Source: an uncultured delta proteobacterium
GTDB taxonomy: Bacteria > Desulfobacterota > WTBG01 > CAIYCZ01 > CAIRTM01
NCBI GenBank assembly: GCA_963804955.1
Contig: CAWDSQ010000026.1
Coordinates: 64,001 to 128,000, forward strand
Reading direction: 5' to 3'
Length of the DNA stretch: 64,000 nt
Position numbers and translations under genes: made by a program. Each line of letters starts with the position of its first letter. Position 1 is the first letter of the stretch. Under the pieces are notes generated by a model. It did not search any database and was not told where the DNA came from. It worked only from the letters and a program-made list of their open reading frames with translations. Below are positions 21,012 to 32,092 of the stretch, one piece after another.

Positions 21012-22701
21012 TTACCGTACCGTAAAATCAGCGCACCGAAAATCAGGGTTCTGGCCGTAGATTTCAACTTCAGCCTTTGTAGCGCCCTGTTCCAGCTCAA
21101 ACGGATTAATGAAGTAAGAGCCAATGATAATTCTTGTGCCGATCCGGACCCTGAGCAGACTGCGAATGGCATCAGAAGCAAAGCGGACCTTGAAGGACCC
21201 GAAATCAATGCCGCTTTCTTTATCTGCCATGATAATGTACGGAACAACAGGTGCAAAGAAAGCCGTAACCCTAAAAATCTGTTTGGGGACGATAGTCAGG
21301 GAGCAGGGAGCCGCCTCGCATCCTTCATGGTTTTTCCAGTCAGTGTCGTCGCAGTCCGGGCCGACGGTGCAATTGTCACCGTAGCTGTCGCCGTCATTGT
21401 CAATACAGACGGGAACGGTCGAGGTCGTGCTTATTGATGTCGTGGTGGTGGGTGCCACCGTTGTGGTAGTCGGTTCAACCGTTGTGGTGGTCGGTTCAAC
21501 CGTCGTGGTAGTCGGTTCAACCGTCGTGGTGGTCGGTTCAACCGTCGTGGTAGTCGGTTCAACCGTCGTGGTTGTTGGTTCCACCGTTGTGGTGGTTGGT
21601 TCAACCGTTGTGGTAGTTGGCTCCACCGTCGTGGTGGTTGAAGTTGTTATCTCAACACAGCCGGCACGTACTGCGCGAGCATAGCCTGCGTCGGACTTCA
21701 GAATATTGTTCACATAGCCGCCGGCGAATTCAACAGCCCATGCTCGTGCTGAACTGTTTGCATACGTAGCAGACGACCAGAGTAGTAGTCCTGTGCTACG
21801 CCGGGGAAATACGTGGTGTTTACAGCCGGGCCGTACTGGCCATAATCAGCAATTGTTTGCAGTTCTTTTTCATCGGGCAAACGCCAATCGGCATAGCCGC
21901 CATAGTTTGCAGTGTTCAGGTCGGCGATAAAATCCTGCGTGTCATTGTCGTGCCCGGCGTGCCGGTTAAGCCGTCATACCAGGTATAGGTATTGTCTGCA
22001 TCATTGGGGTCTGCGTAATCGGTCAGGTTGTCCGCACTGTGCTTTTCTTCCCAGACAAGGCCTGTAATATCGTCGCGCACCATGTCCCAGGTGGTGGCAT
22101 TGTCCGGCAGGGTGACGCAGCCGTCGGCAAGCTTGGTATACATAGGCGGATTGATGGTGTAGTCGTGATCTTCGCCGAACGTTGCCGTATAGCTCTGTGT
22201 CTGACCGGTATCGGGTACAGGCCAAAGGGTCAGGTTATCAAATGACCCGGCCTCTCCTAATCGTACAGCACGCACATAATTGGCGCCCGTCTTAACATAC
22301 CCCTGCAGATATCCGAAAGCAAAGGCTACAAACCATGCCCTGCCCGTGCTGTTCCTTTCAGTTGTTGAGCTCCAGTACCTGGCCGAAAAGGTGACAGGGA
22401 AATAGGATATATCAATGCAGGGGTTCGTTCGAGAGCTGTCGACGAGAGACACCAGTTCCTTGGCATTGGGCATACGCCAGTCCGTATGCCCGGCAATGTC
22501 AAGGGTTTCGCAGTAAGCAAGCGCCTGCTCCCAGGTATAGGTGCCATTATCTGTTGCCTGCTGCCACATGAGTCCCGTTCCATTATCGGTGACCGTTCCG
22601 TCGCCATTGTCTATAAAACCTGCCTGCGCAGCCGGGCAGCACAGCATCAGCCCAACAAGTGCCCCCACAAGTATTCCCGTGTTGAGTTTTTTCCGTCTCA
22701 T
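21012..22701 (-). CDS. secreted double-DUF1566 protein with Thr-rich linker, Cys/Asp metal-binding-like motif and shared C-terminal domain (frameshifts ~21955, ~21780)
   Basis: Signal peptide; FIDNGDGTVTD..TGLMWQ, DWRMP, YWSST, PDTGQ, V.D..TGLVWE, DWRLP, ARAVR; (TTTTVEP)n; CIDNDGDSYG..C..GPDCDD. Confidence 0.82.
21439..21639 (-). repeat. coding 21-bp tandem repeat, 9 units (TTTTVEP x8, TTTTVAP)
   Basis: Visible in translation and DNA, with synonymous variation between units. Confidence 0.95.
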
Positions 22702-22901
22702 GTTGATCTCTCCTAAAATTATTGTATAATAAAATAATAATGCTGCTTATCATAAAGCATTTGCTTCATAATCCGGTACAAGTGTTTATGAATGTAGCAT
22801 AAACAAAGCGTTGTTTTCAAGGATTAAAGAGTCCTGTCGTGGCACACTAGTAGGCTGTCACAGGTGCAAATCTTCAGGTGCAGGCCCGGCCGTCCCATTA
22901 A

Positions 22902-23066
22902 GAGACTGTGTCGCAATGAATAAAAGATGTTATCTCGATCCCTTCGGCTTCGCTCAGGGCAAGCTCCGGGAGAGATCTTTGCCTGAAGCAAAATCAAAGC
23001 CTAAGACTTCTCACCGCCTGTGGGGAATTCGAAATGACAGTACAAAACTAATTGCGACACTGCCTC
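22902..23066. repeat. three-layer nested MITE/REP element
   Basis: Outer gagactgtgtcgcaat/attgcgacactgcctc; inner tgttatctcga/tcgaaatgaca; cccttcggcttcgctcagggcaagct REP. Confidence 0.75.
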
Positions 23067-23236
23067 AGAGCCGGGAGGGGGGAGGATACCGGTGATGATT
23101 TAAGCAGGTATGTTTCTTTGATGCCCCTTGTTTCCTGTTGACAGTTGAAAGGGGCTTTGACACTATTCTCACCACGTATATTCACTATGTCTGAAAAACA
23201 ATTTCCCATTGGTGTAAAATCATAAAAACCGTAAAC

Positions 23237-24843
23237 ATGGCAGCATCCCTCAAAAACTATTGCCTGCACAGGCCCTTTGTTCCGCTTGCCGGAATTGTTT
23301 TTTTTGCGCTCGCACTGAGGCTGGTCTTTTTTGTCGGGCTTGGCTTTAACGACGATTCCTATTACCTGCAATTTGCAGAAACGATTTATAAGGGATTGCC
23401 TTTTCATCCTACACGGTATGTCTGGTCCGTGCGAATCGGCGTTTATCTTCCGGTAGTGCTGATCTGGAAACTATTCGGCATATCGGAATACTCGACAGCG
23501 CTTTTTTTTCTCCTGTGTTCTCTGGGCACTGTTATCGCTGTATACTTATTGGAAAGCAGCTGTTCAATGCAGCAACCGGGCTTATCGCTGCATTTCTTCT
23601 ATCCCTTTTTCCCCTTGATATTATTTATGCCACACAGGTAGGGCCAGAGGTGCCTTTTTCGCTGTTTGCATGCCTGAGCATTTTATGGTTTCTGAAAGCC
23701 TATGGCTCTGACAGAAGATACAGGCTCTATGGGCTGCTTGCCGGGGCTGGGCTCGGCGTGGCCAATCTGTTCAAGGAAACGTTTATTCTCGTGCCGGTGT
23801 GCTGTGCTGTGTATATCGCATGCGACCTTTTTGCCGGTATACGAAAGGGGCCATGGCGCGAGCGCTTACAGTGTTCCGTATCGTTTTTCAACAAAAAGCT
23901 TTTTATCATCTGCCTGCTTTATTGCTGCGGCTTTGCAGTTGTGCATCAATTGCAAAATCTATATTTGCATGAGTTGACGGGGGAATGGTTTTTTGCGGAA
24001 AAGGCAAAAGCCTGGACGCTCAATAACGACAAGAACTGCAATGACGATTTCGGCCTGTACCCCAAGGCTTTGCTGAACATGGATAAAAACAGGTTTGAAT
24101 GGATACACAACAAGCCGTTTTTCGGCTTTATCTACTGGGCCGTGCTGGCGGGAATTTTAGTGCTTGCGCTGCGGCGCCGGTTTTCGCGTCAGGCTTTTTT
24201 TGTTCTGGGCTGGCTTTTGGTGTTCTTTTTTTTCTTTCAATACGGCCTGCATTTTGTTGCAACCGTGCTGGCTCATGACGGCATGCGGCCCCGGCATATG
24301 CGATTTCTGCTGTCCATGTCAGCTCCCGCAGTTCTGCTTATTGCCTGCGCATTCAATATGGAATCAAGGGCTGGAGGCTGGTTCAGACTGCTGCTGCTGC
24401 TGTTTCTGCTGGCCACATCGATTCACTATACCAGACAGTGCAGCACTTTTTTAAGAAACGGCATGGGTTATGTGCGGGAAACAGTGCACTACCTGCAAAG
24501 TGCCGGGGGAAAAACCGTATATATACCGGATAACTGGTCTCTTTCAAAATTCAGCTTTTTTGCCGGCTATGATGATGCCTTTGCAGACAGTCTTGAAGTC
24601 TATGAATGCAGCCGGATTAATTGCTCGAACAGCCACTATGACAGGGGAGACTATATTAAAGATGCCTATGTCGTTACATTTGTGAACCCCTACACCTATA
24701 TAAACACAAGAAGCGCGGGGAGAAAAATTTATCCGTCCTTCATGTCGTCTCCTCCTGCGCATTGGCGGCTTGTCAAGACGATAGAGCTTCCCAATTACGG
24801 CATCTTCAGCAAGTTCAAACCACAGATTTATTATGCTCCTTAG
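23237..24843 (+). CDS. GT-C fold membrane glycosyltransferase (ArnT/GT39-like; frameshift ~23550)
   Basis: LALRL..F.GLGFNDD..Y after TM1; many TM helices; P.DI.YATQV.PE; G...G.A.L.K. Confidence 0.8.
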
Positions 24844-24989
24844 GCACAGGCATCAGAGCCATAGGCGGTTTCAAAAAAATGTACGCCTTACAACCGAAAA
24901 ACCATGCGCACATCGCGTGCAATTATGCTCATTGTATCTAAAAAGCACACTGCCCGCAGTGGCTGCCAAATCGCATACGAGGTAAAGCT

Positions 24990-25881
24990 ATGCTCTACAG
25001 AGCTCTAGGGCTATCCGGCATGCAGGTGTCGCTGCTGGGCTACGGCGGCTGGGCTCTGGGCAAAAAAGGCTGGCCCGGTGTTGATGAAAAAGAGGCGCGA
25101 AAGACTCTTGAAGCCTGTATCGGGCAGGGCATCAATTTTTTCGACACAGCCCCTGTGTACGGTTTCGGCCGCTCGGAAGAAGTGCTCGGCGAAGCGCTCA
25201 GCGGCATGAGGCAGCAGGTCATTATCGCCACCAAATGCGGCCTGCGCTGGGACGACCGGGGTTACGTGAAGCACAATCTCTCGCCGCGATTCTATTGCAT
25301 GGGAAATTGAGCTCAGCCTGCAGCGCCTGAAGACCGACTATATCGATCTCTACCAGATTCACTGGCCCGACCGGCATACGCCCCTGGAGGAAACCCTGGA
25401 AAAACTTGCTGAGCTGCAGGCTCAGGGCGTCATCCGGCATATCGGCGTGAGCAATTTCAGCCCTGAGCTGCTTGAAAAAGCCCGTGCTCTTGCGCCTGTA
25501 GTGTCGGTGCAGGAGCCCTATAACATGCTGCAGCGGGAGGCCGAGGCAGCTTTGCTGCCCCTGTGCAGACGGCTTGGCCTTGGCTTTATCTGCTACAGCC
25601 CCCTGGCGCAGGGCCTTCTCGGAAATGTGCTGAGCCCGGATTTCAAACCCGGCAGGCATGATGTGCGCCGCCTCAACCCGCTGTACCGCAACCGGGAATT
25701 ATTTGCGGCAGGCCTGGCGCTGGTTGAAAAAAATCAGCCCGGCCCTGCGGCAGCGGCCCTTGCTTTTGTTGCACGGCAGGAAGCTGTGAGCACCATGCTG
25801 GTCAGCATGACGCAGCGAAAGCATCTTGCTGAAAACTGCGCAGCGCTCCTGCATGCCGGCGGCAGGCAGAACCTCAGCTGA
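24990..25881 (+). CDS. aldo/keto reductase (frameshift ~25285)
   Basis: GINFFDTAPVYGFGRSE, IATKCG, SLQRLKTDYIDLYQIHWPD, GVSNF, YSPLAQGLL. Confidence 0.92.
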
Positions 25882-26262
25882 ATGTATTTTTACGGGACGA
25901 TCTTGTTTAAAAAAAATATGGGCTGCTTCGTCCGCCGAAGAGCTGACATACTCCACTGGCCACTATCGTTTCATGCTTTTAAAACACGCTTTAATACAGC
26001 GCAAAGTACTCTTTTCTTCATACTGAAAACAAGATTGCCGCACATCCTGCTAAAATTGCTTATCTATTTTTCTTTCTTCATGTACCGAAAACATTCTTCA
26101 TATTTTTTTGAAAAATCACGTCGCAAAACACCTTCTATTAGCCTGAATTTACAGCGTATTTTTTTTATTAAAATTTGCCTTGACGAAACACCCTCTTCTC
26201 CATTATGACATAGCCTTCACGGCACTCCTGTATTTGAAACTCAACACATTACTGATGATCAC

Positions 26263-27267
26263 ATGAAGCGCACACAGGCTGTTGAACGCACTATTGACTA
26301 TTTACCCGGCATACACATGACGGGCTCAATGAAGGAGCTGTACAGAACGGCAAAAAGTTTATGTGAGGCTGACGCACCCTGCCTGCTTATCAACGGCGAA
26401 AGCGGAACAGGCAAAGAGCTGCTTGCAAAAAGCATCCATTATACGCTGTCACCACAGTCTCTGTTCATACCCATCAGCTGCGTCAACCTGCCGTATGACC
26501 ATTTTGAAGAAAAAATTGAAGCCTGCCTCTCAGATGTCTGCAGCGATACTGCCGGACAGACCGGATGTGACGCAAGGTATGCGGCAACATTGTTTTTCCG
26601 CGACATAAGCAAGCTTGAGCACTCGGTACAAAAAAATCTTCTGGGGCTTCTTCAAAAAAAAATAGGCGGGCCGCGCAGCCGCACGCAAGATCATGCAGGA
26701 CGCATCAGGCTGGTATTTTCAAACAGCGGGAAAAGCGGTGGCGCCGACGGAAGCGAACAGTGCATAAAAGCCTTTAATCCCCAGCTTGTCAGCATTCTGC
26801 CGCTTCGCGACCGCCCTGCCGATATTGCGCATCTGGCAACTTTTTTCACCGACCGGTTTTCCAAGGAATACGGCAAGGATATCGGAGGCCTTCACAAATC
26901 GGCCCTGGATCGTCTTGAAAGCTGGCAATGGCCGGGCAATGTCAGCGAGCTGCGCGATGTTATCGAGAATGCGGTTCTGCTGTCGCGGCATATGCTCATC
27001 ATGGATGAAGACATACGCTTCAACGTTTCAAAAAAATTCATCGCCCTTGAAAGCTTTTTGTGCCATGAAGATTTCTTCACCCTTGAGGAAATTGAAAAAA
27101 TCTACATCCAGACCGTGCTGCGGCGAATGAAAAACAACAAAAGCAAAACCTCGAAAATACTTGGCATCTCCCGCAATACGCTGCAAAGCAAGCTTGAGGA
27201 TTACAGCTCCCTTCCCGCCAAACCCAAAACCCGGAAAAAGACGACAAGTCAGCAATCGCTGTTTTAA
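26263..27267 (+). CDS. degenerate sigma-54-interaction-like AAA+ regulator with Fis-type HTH
   Basis: GESGTGKEL, PLRDR..DI, WPGNV.EL, HTH NKSKTSKILGISRNTL; no GAFTGA loop, altered Walker B. Confidence 0.8.
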   Translation: MKRTQAVERTIDYLPGIHMTGSMKELYRTAKSLCEADAPCLLINGESGTGKELLAKSIHYTLSPQSLFIPISCVNLPYDHFEEKIEACLSDVCSDTAGQTGCDARYAATLFFRDISKLEHSVQKNLLGLLQKKIGGPRSRTQDHAGRIRLVFSNSGKSGGADGSEQCIKAFNPQLVSILPLRDRPADIAHLATFFTDRFSKEYGKDIGGLHKSALDRLESWQWPGNVSELRDVIENAVLLSRHMLIMDEDIRFNVSKKFIALESFLCHEDFFTLEEIEKIYIQTVLRRMKNNKSKTSKILGISRNTLQSKLEDYSSLPAKPKTRKKTTSQQSLF

Positions 27268-27366
27268 CCCCCCTTCTCCCGGACATTCGAAGCTGCTTTT
27301 AGAGAACGGCCCGCAGAGGCTGAGCAGGTGCGAAACGGCTGCGGCTACTCAAAGGCCGGCGCTTTT

Positions 27367-28318
27367 TCATCTCCTGACAGTATCTGATGGGTGCCGCTGC
27401 GCTGAAAAAGCATGCGTCTTGAAGCATGCTACAACCTCCGGGTCGAACTGCGTGCCCGTGCACCGCTCCAGTTCCTCAATAGCCTTCCACGGGGGCATGC
27501 CCGAACGATAGGGCCTGTCAGTAGTCATGGCGTCATAGGAGTCGGCAACCGCCAAAATGCGCGCTCCCAGCGGCACTTCACCCGAAGGAGCACCTTTGTG
27601 GCTCGTCATGATCGAAATACTGGTGATGGGCCCGGACAAGCGGAATAGCGTCGCTCAACACACTGGAAACCGAAGAAAGTATCTGTGCTCCGCGCTCGGT
27701 ATGGCTGGCCATGATATTTTTTTCTTCGCTGCTGAGCGAAGCTGCTTTGCCGATAAGTTCCGTGCTGATATCGACTTTTCCGATATCATGCAGCAGCGCC
27801 GCGACTTTGATATTTTCAATCTCCTGGGGCGGCAGATTCATGGCCGCGGCTATTTCGGTGGCATAATGCGAAACCCGCACGGAATGGCCCTGCGTGTATT
27901 TATCGGCAGACTCGATGTATTTTGACAGTATTTCCAGTATGCCCATATAGGCGCTTTTGAGCTGAACTACTTTTTTTTCGTTTTCTTCATGCAGATGGCC
28001 GACAATGATTGAACACAGTATGAGGAAACTGCCCCATGAAATGATATTTACATAAAATGACAAAACTGACTGACTCGGCTTGAAATTGTCATAGTTCAGA
28101 AACACATAAAATATGACCGCCGTGACGCTGAAAATACTGGTAAGCAGGGCTTTTCTTTTCCCCAGAACAAATCCGGCGACAATCGAAGGAAGATAGAACA
28201 TATTCAGAAGGGCGAGCTTTTCGGCAATAAAATAATTCAAAGCAACAACAGCAACCAGAATAAACAGCACCACGATCTGCTCGAAATTTTTAAAAATATA
28301 TGCCTTAATATTCGACAT
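27367..28318 (-). CDS. membrane-anchored HD-GYP-like phosphohydrolase (frameshift ~27600)
   Basis: Four N-terminal TM helices; [47 protein letters not shown]. Confidence 0.85.
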
Positions 28319-28938
28319 ACACCCTCCTTTGAACATATGTTCTCAAAATTATGCAGTTCTTACATAAAGCTTTCGACTACCCGCTCATCAGACGCCATCA
28401 AAAAGGAAATTGCAAATGATAAAATTTAAACTAAAAAATTTTTATAATAACAAAAAATTAATTTAAGCATTAAAATTATATGAAGAAGCCTTAGAGGTGT
28501 CAAGACAATATACTTGGCAATATACCTGCAGCTATTCATTTGTGATTTTTTGCAAGAATCATAAAATAATTTTTTTTGCGGCTGGATCGAGATTGTTATC
28601 AAATCAGGATTCGCCAGCACACGTAGCAGCCGGTTCCGAACCGGGCGAGTTTTCAGGTAACATAACACGAGCATAAAAACAGTTGCACTAAAGTCGCTTA
28701 TGATTGACTAGAATAAGAGTCTGCGCAGTAGTATCTTAGCTGCGAAAATCAGTATTTATCTTTTATACTCGCATAATTCAGCTTTAACTTAATCTGACAG
28801 AGTAAAGATTTCTTATGATAATAGGGAAAAATTATGAAATGGTTCTCAGTCAACATTAGAGCCGCAGTGTGGGGTTTCAGGCAGGCACTGGGACAAAATC
28901 ATTGATTTCTCTTTAATAGCTCTCAGCTGAAAAACCTC

Positions 28939-29130
28939 TTGAAAAGTCCTTTTCTTATGCTAGATTTTATGCATAAAAGAGGCCATTACTGATTAAAGGG
29001 GAAATCGCCCTGGATTCCGTTACTGCGAAACATTGATTTTACTCTTCTACAGGCCTCCAAACAATCAACAATAGCAGCGGCACCAACAGCATCTTTTGTA
29101 ACCGGGTTGCTTTTTGTGCTTCCTTTTGGG
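28939..29130 (+). promoter_or_regulatory. promoter plus 5' leader (copy B; homologous to 1995-2206)
   Basis: ttgaaa-16nt-tagatt with extended TG; leader aligns to copy A; ends in a weak hairpin plus T tract. Confidence 0.6.
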
Positions 29131-29273
29131 GTAGCCTCCTGAAACAAAGAAGGACAGCCGGGGTGAGGAACACCCCCTTTTGAACATACTATAATAATCA
29201 ATTGTTTAGTGTGACAGACAAGTTTAATGCCCCGGGCTATAATTATATAACCATTTTATAGAAGGGACACGCG

Positions 29274-30596
29274 ATGCTGCTACGGATGAAAAAGTCCATT
29301 GTTGGCTATTCACTCTTGATAATATTTCTTATTGCAGCTTTGTGCGCTGCCAAGGCATTCGCTCTGGAAAATAAGCCAGACGCCGCAATCGCTAAATGGA
29401 GCGGCCAAAATTGGGGAATAGTTAAGATTGCTCCCAGAATGGCAAGATATGGCGATCAGATTAGCATTCACGGAATAGTCGTTGGCGGACCTGCAGCAGA
29501 TCCGTTCTGGAGCTGTTCTCAATATTCAGCCTGGATCGCCAATGGCACCAGCTCAATCAGTATTTCTATACCCGGGGATTGGGATATGCCAAACAGCGGC
29601 ATAGATTATTTTGGAAATAAGGTAAATGTCATGACTATGGATGGGGGCGATCCTCCTCCCTATGGATGGGAAAATAGAATTTCTGATACCTGCTACTGTT
29701 TTGTTACAGATTTTGGCGCATCAGGGGGGTGCGAATCCCGTGAGGTCCAGCCTTTGCTTTTCAGAATGATGGATCTCATGAATCCCCGGGAGGGGAATGT
29801 GCAATTTGCAACTGTTCTGAGCGGCAGCGGATGGACTCATATCGGAGGTGCCTTCGAAGGTCATGTTGGTGTTGGCTGGTTCGACAGAGCGGCTGATTAT
29901 GTATATGTTGTTTCTGATGATGCCCTCTTAAATGATGATTTAGACCAGGACGGCCTGCCTGATGCGTGGGAGTATGCACATTCGCCCAAACGGGACCTTG
30001 ACGATTTTGCAGGCGGCGATATTGATAAAGCTTCAAGCATGAAAAGCAGGTCAGCGGAAGCGGACTGGATTAATCCCTATGCGCCTGGCGATCCGGGCTG
30101 GATATCCGCGGGACCAAATGATTGGGATGGGGATGGTGTCTCTAATAAAGATGAATATTTGAAATGGAAAGATAATAAAAAAGACAGTGAAGGTTGGCCA
30201 TATGATCCAACAATCATCAATGTGCCCTGCATCGATGTCGACAATGACACCTACGGACAAGGCTGTGATGCGGGGCCTGACTGCGACGATACGGATGCTT
30301 TTTACACCACTATCTGCCCGGACTGCCAGGTAAAGGTTATGCCCAAAACCTTTGGCAGACTGATTGGCGACCAAGAGAGGACCAGATGGCTGCTCATTAT
30401 CGGGGAGCGGGGGGCGGATTTCGGCGATAACGCCACGATCAAATGGGAGTCAAATGCGATAGAAGTTGTTAAGAAGCATGTGTTTTTCAAGCGGATCATG
30501 TTAATGCAGGCAAAGTTACACGGCGAGCCGCTTGAGAAGCAGGACTATCGTGTGCTTGTCAACAGCTGCGAAGGCAAGATCACCTGGGAGAGATGA
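29274..30596 (+). CDS. secreted protein with DxDxDG.PD.WE repeats, Cys/Asp motif and shared C-terminal domain
   Basis: Signal peptide; DLDQDGLPDAWE, DWDGDGVSNKDEY, CIDVDNDTYG..C..GPDCDD; intact 440-aa ORF. Confidence 0.75.
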   Translation: MLLRMKKSIVGYSLLIIFLIAALCAAKAFALENKPDAAIAKWSGQNWGIVKIAPRMARYGDQISIHGIVVGGPAADPFWSCSQYSAWIANGTSSISISIPGDWDMPNSGIDYFGNKVNVMTMDGGDPPPYGWENRISDTCYCFVTDFGASGGCESREVQPLLFRMMDLMNPREGNVQFATVLSGSGWTHIGGAFEGHVGVGWFDRAADYVYVVSDDALLNDDLDQDGLPDAWEYAHSPKRDLDDFAGGDIDKASSMKSRSAEADWINPYAPGDPGWISAGPNDWDGDGVSNKDEYLKWKDNKKDSEGWPYDPTIINVPCIDVDNDTYGQGCDAGPDCDDTDAFYTTICPDCQVKVMPKTFGRLIGDQERTRWLLIIGERGADFGDNATIKWESNAIEVVKKHVFFKRIMLMQAKLHGEPLEKQDYRVLVNSCEGKITWER

Positions 30597-30635
30597 TCAC
30601 GGGCAGCGTTTGCAGATCTCTACCACAACAGAACA

Positions 30636-30681
30636 TGCCCCGTTCACCTGTTTATACATCAGGACGAACGGGGCTTTTTTA
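30636..30681 (+). terminator. intrinsic terminator
   Basis: gccccgttc..cctg / cagg..gaacggggc followed by tttttt. Confidence 0.75.
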
Positions 30682-30943
30682 TGCAGGGTGGAATAAAAAA
30701 GCAACGCACAGCTTATCTATAAATTGTGGTCAGAACAAATCAGAAAAAGCCAGCATTACATTTATACTTTGGAATAGAGCATTGAACAAATTACAATAAC
30801 CATTATTCATATGTTTACGATCAACACAGCCCTTGGTCATTCCCTATGTTAAAAGTCAAGGGGCACAAGAATGAAAGTAATATTTTTTTTTGGTTAATAA
30901 AGATCACATAACCATTATATACAAGGAACAATCCCTAAAACAA

Positions 30944-31970
30944 TCTCCTATAAGCAGACAGGCCAGTCAAAGACAAGAGCCGCTGCATTATCCGCATCAT
31001 GTTTTAAAGGTGTGGGCCCGCAGTCTGGCTTGGACAGACGGGTTAAACCCGCTGCAGGAATGACTCAGCGCTGCCCACAGAAAGAATACAATGGTGATTG
31101 TCCTTGTCCTTTATTTTCGGGGTTCAGTTATTCAACGATTGCCACGACATAGGGCTGCCGGTTGTTTAAAACAAAACGTATCCGGTTCAAAAGTTTCCGG
31201 GCAATATGGATGATGGCATTGGTCTTTTTCAAACGTCGGCACAGCTTATTAAAAGCCAGGGTTAGCGCCGGGTCCTTGCGTACGGCAATCAGGAGCTTTC
31301 CACCAGAATCGCCCTCAGCATCGGGTTGCGACGCATGGTGATGTTGGTGATGTGCTCTTCTTCGCCGCTGGATTTTGTATCGGGGATAAGGCCGGCATAG
31401 CTTGCCAGCTTATCCAGATTTTTAAACCGGGAGATATCGCCGATTTCGGTGAGCAGGATCATGGCCGTCAGAGTGCTGATACCGGGTATGGTTTTTAAAA
31501 GCCATGACGCCTCGGCGTAGTCATAGGTTCGAGACAGCAGAATGATTTGCCGGGTTAGCCCGACAATGAGCTTGCGCAGATGCAGCAGCTCTTCAATGAG
31601 GGTTTTCAAGGCTATGGTGCCGCTTGTGTGTTCAAACTCTACTGATTCAAGCCAGCTGATGAATCGACGGGACCAGCGCTTTGTTTCCATTTCAGGAGGC
31701 AGAAAAACGCCATAAAAGGCCAAAAGCGAGGCAATCTGGTTCTTGCAGCGAGTCTGTTTGCGGACCATGCCGTACCGGGTACGCAGCAAGCTGCGATCTT
31801 CACGCTGCATACTGCTGGGAATATGAATAGGCTGCAGGTCATGGCTTCTCAAGTTTTTACCCAATTTGCGGCTGTCTATTTTGTCATTTTTGCCGCGGCG
31901 CTGCTTGTCGGTTGTGGGAACATCTGCAGGGTTTACGACCATGGAATCAACTCCCTGCTGATGAAGACTA
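30944..31970 (-). mobile_element. IS110-family (IS1111-type) remnant, 5'-truncated
   Basis: Transposase fragment followed by ~185 nt non-coding sequence ending TTGACT..ATAGGAG. Confidence 0.75.
31128..31970 (-). pseudogene. IS110 transposase/recombinase lacking its N-terminus (frameshift ~31290)
   Basis: VVNPADVP, KNDKIDSRKL, TIPGI, EIGDISRF, SYAGLIP...SSG, ARKLL.RI; first DEDD residues and start absent. Confidence 0.85.
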
Positions 31971-31971
31971 G

Positions 31972-32030
31972 GCTTGTCCGGAATCATTTTTCAGCACACC
32001 AAAAGGGATTCCCGTCAAGCGGGAATGACA
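31972..32030. repeat. TGTCATTCCCGC-type REP element missing the outer 10 nt of its left arm
   Basis: gcttgtccggaatc vs right arm gattcccgtcaagcgggaatgaca. Confidence 0.65.
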
Positions 32031-32092
32031 ACAAATGCGGTCATTCAGCTAACGCACTAAGCTGTTTTCTGATTTTCGGTTACAAGATTTAG

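Noticed and set aside
21439..21639. Regular repeat array as a possible CRISPR
   Set aside because: 21-bp tandem units without spacers, in frame within a CDS; no cas genes.
22864..22878. gtgcaaatcttcagg resembling minus-strand gtgtaaatcttcagg at ~56977-56991, both upstream of shared-domain genes
   Set aside because: Only two short matches, in opposite orientation relative to the genes; could be chance.
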